Positions 27,393 to 32,789 of a stretch of DNA of 32,789 nucleotides are shown here, one piece after another. This DNA is from Candidatus Eiseniibacteriota bacterium (GTDB lineage: Bacteria > Eisenbacteria > RBG-16-71-46), in the NCBI GenBank assembly GCA_031366795.1, contig JANLOX010000227.1, positions 1-32,789 of the forward strand, written 5' to 3'. Below the pieces are notes generated by a model. The model was not told the origin of the DNA, did not search any database, and saw only the letters and a list, made by a program, of their open reading frames with translations. Every line of letters begins with the position of its first letter. The stretch's first letter is position 1. The position numbers and the translations under genes are program-made.

Positions 27393-28538
27393 CTAACGCG
27401 GAATTCGGCGATCCAGCAGCTGGCGGTAAAGAATTTCCGTATTCCTTACCATCAGCTCGGCGGTGAAGCCTGCCTCCCAGCGCAGGCGCGCCGCGGCCCC
27501 CCAGGCGGCCTGCCTGGCCGCATCGGGCAACAGGGCAATGAGCGCGCGCGCAAAGGATTCAGGGTCCCCGGGTGGCACCACCAGCCCCGTTTCGTTCTGG
27601 GCGACCGCCTCGGCATTGCCGCCGACATCGGTCACCACGCACGGTTTGGCGGCGCGCATGGCCTCAAGAATGGACATCGACAGCCCCTCGCGCGAGGACG
27701 ACAGCACGTACACGTCCGCGGCCGCGAGCAGCGCGGGGATGTCCTTGCGAACGCCAAGGAAACGGACTCGTTCACCGAGGCCATGACGTAATACCTGCGC
27801 TTCGAGCTCACCACGCAGGGGACCATCGCCGACAAACAGCAGTCGCGCGCGTGGGACAGCCTTCACGACCTCAGCGAAGGCATCGACGAGCACATGTTGC
27901 GCCTTGGCCGGCGTCAGGCTGGCAACGGTGATCGCGGCGCATTCGTCGGGCGCGAGCCCGAGGGCGGCGCGTGTGGGGTCACGCAATTCCGGCTGCGCGG
28001 GCGCGCTGGCGATGCCGTTCATCACGGTCACGCACTTGTTCGCGGCCCAGCCCATCCGCACCAACTGGCTGCGCCGTACGGCGTCGCACACACAGATGAC
28101 GCGATCCGTTTGCGAAGTGAGGAGCGGCTCGACGACCGAGTCGTAACCCCAAGCGAAGCGGCCGGGATGGCGAATGCTGTGCTCGGTGCGCACGATTGCG
28201 CGCGTGCCGGCGAAACGCCCGGCGATCGCGGCGTAGAATCCACCGGAAGGGTTGTGGCCGTTGACCACGTCGATCCGCTCGCGCTTGAGCGCATCGACGA
28301 GACGGCCCATCGCCCCGAGCCGCCCCCCTTGTTTGCCGAGCACCAGCGGCTTCGCCCCGAAGCGTTCGGCTTCCTGCATCGCCCAGCCGCCCTTGTTCAC
28401 GGCGCACACGGTGCTCTCGACATCCGGCCCCGCCTGGCGCACGTGCTCGAGCACGACCATCTCGGCGCCGCCCAAGTTCATGGCGTTGATGACGTGCATC
28501 ACGCGCGTGCGCGGCGCCATCGAGGTCGCCGTGCTCAT
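27393..28538 (-). CDS. Glycosyltransferase family 4
   Basis: GGAE, TEH, KAQHVL, VGDGPLR, SSREGLSMSILEAM, TDVGGNAE. Confidence 0.93.
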   Translation of the reverse strand: MSTATSMAPRTRVMHVINAMNLGGAEMVVLEHVRQAGPDVESTVCAVNKGGWAMQEAERFGAKPLVLGKQGGRLGAMGRLVDALKRERIDVVNGHNPSGGFYAAIAGRFAGTRAIVRTEHSIRHPGRFAWGYDSVVEPLLTSQTDRVICVCDAVRRSQLVRMGWAANKCVTVMNGIASAPAQPELRDPTRAALGLAPDECAAITVASLTPAKAQHVLVDAFAEVVKAVPRARLLFVGDGPLRGELEAQVLRHGLGERVRFLGVRKDIPALLAAADVYVLSSSREGLSMSILEAMRAAKPCVVTDVGGNAEAVAQNETGLVVPPGDPESFARALIALLPDAARQAAWGAAARLRWEAGFTAELMVRNTEILYRQLLDRRIPR

Positions 28539-29542
28539 CGAGGCGCCAGCACCCGCTGGTACACTTCGATGATGCGCTCGGCCACACGCCGGGTACTGAT
28601 GCTCGCGACGGCGTGCTGGCCGTTGGAGCGCGCCGGATGCTCGATCAACGCCGCGATGGCGCGCGCCAGTTGGGGTGCGTCACGCTCCACGATGGCGCCG
28701 GGTGTCACGCCCTCCATGCGCTCGCTCACATCACCGACATCGACGGACACGATCGGCAGGTTGCAGGCGAGTGCTTCCTTGATCACGTTGGGCGAGCCCT
28801 CGGCCTCGCTCGTCAGCAGCAGGCAATCGGCGGCGTTCATGTACACCGCGATCTGCGCCGGATCGACTCCGCCATAGAGCACTTCTAGTCGCGAGCCGGG
28901 CACCAGCGGCAACACCGCGGCGGCGGCGGCCTGCGCAATGTCGAGCCGCTTCACCTTCGCCCTGCTGCCGCTGTTGAACAGGATGACGCGCTCATCCAAC
29001 GGCCAGCCGAGCATCGTCCGGGCCTGGTTGCGCGGCATCGGGTGGAACACGTCAATGTCCACGCCGCTCGGGATCACCACAACGCGATCCTTGCCCCACC
29101 ACAGCAGGCGGCTCAAACGCGTGCTCACCGAGATGATGCCGGCGGCGCGTAACGCGGCAAGCTGCGACATCAGCACGCCCATGCGCGAACGCATCCCAGA
29201 AACCTCGGCGGAGCCATTGAGGTCGCTGCCGCGGTAGGTGATGACGAGCGGTGGACCGCCCGCGAGCGCCGCCACCAGCGCGGTCACCGTGCCGTAGTGC
29301 GCGTGCACGATGTCGGGTCTAACGCGTGCAATTTCACGGCGCAGCCGGGCCAACTCGGCCAGCAGGCCGCCGGGCGAGGTCCGCTCACCCAGCCAGAACA
29401 GGCGGACGTCGACGCCGCACTCGGCGACCATCGACATCTGGCGGCGCGCGAAGATGAATGACGATTTCGTTTCGGAGCCGGGTATGATCGCCAGCACCTT
29501 GAGTAAGCGTTGCGGGGAAACGGCGGCTCCAGCGTAAGTCAT
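28535..29542 (-). CDS. Glycosyltransferase family 4
   Basis: PDIVHAHYG, TYRGSD, KRLD, SEAEGSPNVIKEALAC, VDVGDV. Confidence 0.9.
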   Translation of the reverse strand: MTYAGAAVSPQRLLKVLAIIPGSETKSSFIFARRQMSMVAECGVDVRLFWLGERTSPGGLLAELARLRREIARVRPDIVHAHYGTVTALVAALAGGPPLVITYRGSDLNGSAEVSGMRSRMGVLMSQLAALRAAGIISVSTRLSRLLWWGKDRVVVIPSGVDIDVFHPMPRNQARTMLGWPLDERVILFNSGSRAKVKRLDIAQAAAAAVLPLVPGSRLEVLYGGVDPAQIAVYMNAADCLLLTSEAEGSPNVIKEALACNLPIVSVDVGDVSERMEGVTPGAIVERDAPQLARAIAALIEHPARSNGQHAVASISTRRVAERIIEVYQRVLAPR

Positions 29543-29549
29543 CGGGTGA

Positions 29550-29578
29550 ATCGTGCCACCACCGCTTCGTACCGTCAA
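29550..29578 (-). promoter_or_regulatory. Sigma70-type promoter for a leaderless GT4 transcript
   Basis: TTGACG-N17-CACGAT-N7-ATG(29542), with a TG extension before the -10. Confidence 0.5.
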
Positions 29579-29608
29579 TTCCTCCTGGCCCCGGCTGGCG
29601 AACCGGTC

Positions 29609-30643
29609 TCAGCGAACCAGGTGCGCGCTGTAGGTGATGGCGCCGGCGCCCGGCTTACCACCACCCACGCCTGCCGTGCTGATGTAGATGAACTCGCCAA
29701 CGAGTCCGCCGTTCTTCTTGTCAGCACGCGATTTCAGGAAGAACGAGGCAAAGCCCTGCACGGTCGCGCCGCCCGATCCATTCGGAAAGGATGCCAGCAC
29801 GGGCACCGTGACAATTCGTAGCCCATTGCCATTATAGTCGCTGTAACAAATGTTCTCGCGACGGTCGGAGTCGTTATCGAATCGGAAATCGATGCCATCG
29901 ACCGCCGGCGTCTTCGTACCGGGAGCGGTATTGACGACATCCCCAACCGACATTCCGCAACAGTAACCGCTCCTGATCTGGCAGGCGATTTGGTGAGGGT
30001 TCCCGGGAGTCATGTCGCAGTCGCTACCCGGGCAAACGGCCAAGGCCAGATAGCCGTAATTCCCGCGCGAACCCGTTCCGGGACCGTACTTGAGCGTATA
30101 GCTATTGCCACAACCCGGATAGAATGACTCCCCGGGAGCCGCCACGACGCCGATCGGCAGGACACACTGGACGCTGCTCGATGTCTCGGCCCTCGCTACC
30201 GCGGTGGCATGGACCTCCAATACCGGGATGCCGAGCACTTGCGCAAAATGCGAGACGATCGAACTGCCGCCCGCGCGACTCACTGTGACACGGACAGTGT
30301 TCGGGTCCTGCAGTACGACTTGTGATGCATCCACGATGACGTTTTCGGGATTCAGGACGAATGCCTTGTTGAGCGATCCTGTCTCCTGCGCTCGCGCCAC
30401 GGCCGTGGGGAAGTTGAGGTGCCCGGTACTGAAGTCGACAGCCGATGCGCCCGCCAGCGCGGCAGCGTCGGCGGCATTCTGCAGTTGGGTGCGCGTCGCC
30501 GTGAGCTTTGCGACGTCGACACCAAGGGCGATGAAGCCGAGGCTCAGAACCAGGAACACGGCAAACCAGAAGATAGTGAAACCGCGATCCGCTTTCTGTC
30601 GCGGCGAGCCCGTGACGAGCGGGGGTGAAGCGGACCGCAACAT
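29609..30643 (-). CDS. TadG-like (Tad N-terminal domain) pilus-associated protein
   Basis: GGAG RBS; RG|F prepilin-like site, TM helix, LGVD, RTQLQNAADAAALAGA; Cys-rich C-terminal domain with GNYGYL. Confidence 0.85.
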   Translation of the reverse strand: MLRSASPPLVTGSPRQKADRGFTIFWFAVFLVLSLGFIALGVDVAKLTATRTQLQNAADAAALAGASAVDFSTGHLNFPTAVARAQETGSLNKAFVLNPENVIVDASQVVLQDPNTVRVTVSRAGGSSIVSHFAQVLGIPVLEVHATAVARAETSSSVQCVLPIGVVAAPGESFYPGCGNSYTLKYGPGTGSRGNYGYLALAVCPGSDCDMTPGNPHQIACQIRSGYCCGMSVGDVVNTAPGTKTPAVDGIDFRFDNDSDRRENICYSDYNGNGLRIVTVPVLASFPNGSGGATVQGFASFFLKSRADKKNGGLVGEFIYISTAGVGGGKPGAGAITYSAHLVR

Positions 30644-30663
30644 GGGATCTCCGGTTTGTCGAG

Positions 30664-31074
30664 TCAAGGCAACTCCCGCCGCATCCACGCTTCGGCCGAG
30701 AGCTTCATTGGGTTCGTGAATTTCGCACCGACGAGCCAGTAGACGCCGGGGTACAACCACTTGAACTGCGTCTCCACTCGAATCCCCATCTGGCGGTTAG
30801 ACCGGAGGTGCGTGATCACGCTCGGCGTCGAATTGGCGGCGCTCATGACCTGAAGGACCCGGACGTCAGCGCTGTCGGGCTCCGGGTTCACCACGAGAGT
30901 GCGAACCCCCTCTCGCGCTGCTTGGTGAAGGAGGTTCTTCACGAAGAACGCGCGGCTGATGTCGATCAGCGAAAAGGTCAGCAGCACGAGCAACGGAAAG
31001 ACCATTGCGAATTCGATGATCGCCACGCCCCGCTGGCGATGAGACGGCGAAGCCCGTCTGGGGGATGAATTCAT
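30664..31074 (-). CDS. TadE-like pseudopilin
   Basis: QRG|VAIIEFAMVFPLL, TM helix, LHQAAREGVR. Confidence 0.88.
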   Translation of the reverse strand: MNSSPRRASPSHRQRGVAIIEFAMVFPLLVLLTFSLIDISRAFFVKNLLHQAAREGVRTLVVNPEPDSADVRVLQVMSAANSTPSVITHLRSNRQMGIRVETQFKWLYPGVYWLVGAKFTNPMKLSAEAWMRRELP

Positions 31075-31195
31075 GGGCATCTCCGAAATGAGGGTTTGGC
31101 CCGTCCAGCAATTGGACGGAGCTCGCGGTGCGGGGGATGCAGGAACGATTGGGCAAAGCGTCAGTGAAACAATTCCGCTACAGTAGGCAAGGTTG

Positions 31196-31210
31196 ATATT
31201 ACCGTAATAT
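31196..31210. promoter_or_regulatory. Palindromic operator-like site upstream of tadE
   Basis: ATATTAC-C-GTAATAT in an AT-rich intergenic patch. Confidence 0.4.
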
Positions 31211-31303
31211 ATCGGCATAAACAACGACACACTTAACGACGCGAGCTACCAAGCCGCAAGGTCAGTCGCGCACCCGTAATTCGCGTAGCCCACGCAGGTT
31301 GCG

Positions 31304-32523
31304 TCACCAACGATAGTCGATGCTCGCTTAAACGGCCCGCGGTGCATCGTACAGATGTGCATCGTGAACCGGCACCCACACTGGATCACCGAACCCGGTG
31401 CGTGACAGGTAGGCGCCGCCCTCGCCGGTCTGGGTCCGGTAGGCTCCGTAGTCGTCGTAGATCGTGTTGACCAGGATGTTGGGAAATCCGTCCACGGTCG
31501 CGGCGCGTTCATTCAGGTGATTGAACAGGTTGGGCGCCGAGCAGCCCAGCAGCGAGAACACATCGCGGACCGAGACCGGGTAGGCGATCCCCACGCGCGG
31601 CGAGGGCGACAGCACGCCGCGGGAACTGCCGGGCAACGTCTGGGCTGCGGCCTGGGGACCGGGCGTCCAGTATTCGGCACGTAATCTGCCATTGACCACC
31701 ATTCCACCGTTGACCCAGCGGCCCTGCACGTAACTGAACGCACCCGGCGCCCACGCCTTGATGCTTCCCAGGGTATCGAGCCCTGTCGTGGGGTAATCCC
31801 CGCCCACCGACCAGCCCAAGGGGAGCCATTCGATCTCGCGAACATCGATGTGTTCGTAGCTGACTCCAGCGCCACCCTTCAACGTGTTGCCGCCCCGCAG
31901 CGACCATTCCCCATCGCCGCGCAACGACCACGCCAATCCCGAGCACGCGCGTAGGCACCGCGAGGCGGCCGCTCAAGCGATCATACCGCGTGTCCATGCG
32001 GCCATCGCTCTGCGAGCGCAGTTCTCCCGCCGGATTCGGCGTGGGATCGAACGTGCGCAGGTCCAGTGCTCCCGCGAGTCCGGCGGCATAGCGCGCATCG
32101 GGAGCGCCGCTCACCAGATCGGCGCCGCGCAACGCGAGCAGGGGTATATCGAGGGCGCGGTTGCGCAGCGGCTCATTGAGCACAGTCCCGTCGAGCAGGG
32201 CAGCGGTCTCGCCGGTGCGGCCACCGCGAACGTGAAGTTCCTCACCCTGCGCCACGACACTCGCGTGCAGCGCGAGCACACCGGCGAAATCGTCGACCGG
32301 GAGGAAACGGAGCGCCGCAGCGCCGATCGGCTGAACCGTCTGGCTCGACAACAGGTCGAGCGGCGAAGCGCGGATCTCGACCGGCGGGAAGCGCCGCACG
32401 ATGCGCGTGAGGCGGGAACTGGAGTCGGCGCTCACCGTGAGCACCGCCGAATCGGGCGCGGGCGGCGGGCGTGCGGATGGCGGGGATCGACGGCACGGCG
32501 AGCGCGAGCAAGAGGGCGATCAT
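31304..32523 (-). pseudogene. TonB-dependent receptor pseudogene (frameshifts, internal deletions, nonsense codon)
   Basis: Signal peptide from 32523; frameshift at ~32485; plug motifs LHVRGGRTGE..LDG, GAPDARY...AG; frameshift junction at ~31925; barrel strands GRLRAEYW, SPRVGIAYPVS, NLFN; TAA at 31328-31330 followed in frame by ASIDYRW* ending at 31304. Confidence 0.85.
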
Positions 32524-32697
32524 GGAATCCTGTGCCCGGTTCGCCCGGCCCGGCGCTCTCGATGAGCGCACGACGGCCGAGCTCGTGAAAGCCCGGCCGG
32601 GTGTTCATCGTCGCGGCTCGTGACGCAACGATCAAGTACAGCCATGCAGGCCTTAAGCGCTCGCGGCCACGGGTGGGTTCCCGCCGGGCATTGCCCG

Positions 32698-32789
32698 CTA
32701 GTTCATCGTGGCGGAGAAGCGCAGGGTGAAGCTCGTCCCCGACCAGTTCTCGCTCACGTCCTTGTCGGCGATCGAGTGATACGTGAGTC
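32698..32789 (-). CDS. C-terminal end of a hypothetical, possibly outer-membrane, protein (partial)
   Basis: Open frame ...LTYHSIADKDVSENWSGTSFTLRFSATMN* with GC-biased codons and an alternating beta-strand-like end. Confidence 0.5.
   Translation of the reverse strand, partial: LTYHSIADKDVSENWSGTSFTLRFSATMN

Noticed and set aside
31150..31192. GGGCAAA...GAAA resembling a c-di-GMP-I riboswitch near tadE
   Set aside because: Wrong strand for tadE, and the required paired stems are absent.
52..32635. Many long overlapping alternative-frame or antisense ORFs (e.g. 761-1771, 2154-3173, 9392-10552, 15547-16764, 20135-21328)
   Set aside because: Shadow ORFs expected in high-GC DNA opposite well-supported genes; they are Arg/Ala/Pro-rich with no family motifs.
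1..32789. CRISPR arrays, tRNA/rRNA genes, transposases, integrases
   Set aside because: No regularly spaced repeats, cloverleaf or rRNA signatures, or recombinase motifs were seen by eye.

Overview
GC-rich bacterial chromosomal window. Two secreted proteins with C-terminal FlgD-Ig-like tails and a TonB-dependent receptor remnant suggest a diderm such as Ca. Eisenbacteria or a related lineage (inference only). Gene content: ABC-2 exporter, allantoinase, a higBA-type TA locus, a GT4 glycosyltransferase, an oppABC peptide transporter interrupted by a nucleotidyltransferase plus small-partner module, DUF423/GNAT/rhodanese, a CPBP-solA-MATE-FAD oxidoreductase operon, an FHA-GAF-PP2C phosphatase, an M4/M36-like metallopeptidase, glutathione peroxidase, DoxX, a tandem-repeat secreted protein, tadE/tadG-like genes with two GT4s and an epimerase, and a decayed TonB-dependent receptor. 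Two signals stand out beyond the gene list. (1) An unannotated ~190-nt transcription unit at 17567-17757 (- strand) with a sigma54 -24/-12 promoter, a tandem upstream activator-like repeat, a GNRA hairpin at +1, five ANGGA motifs and an intrinsic terminator: a candidate novel sRNA or leader. (2) About seven genes appear to have lost their middles while keeping both ends, and often their start/stop overlaps with neighbours: higB, a membrane protein, a 13-codon ORF before oppB, GNAT, EEP, SRPBCC and the TonB receptor. All family calls come from motif recognition by eye; no database searches were run.
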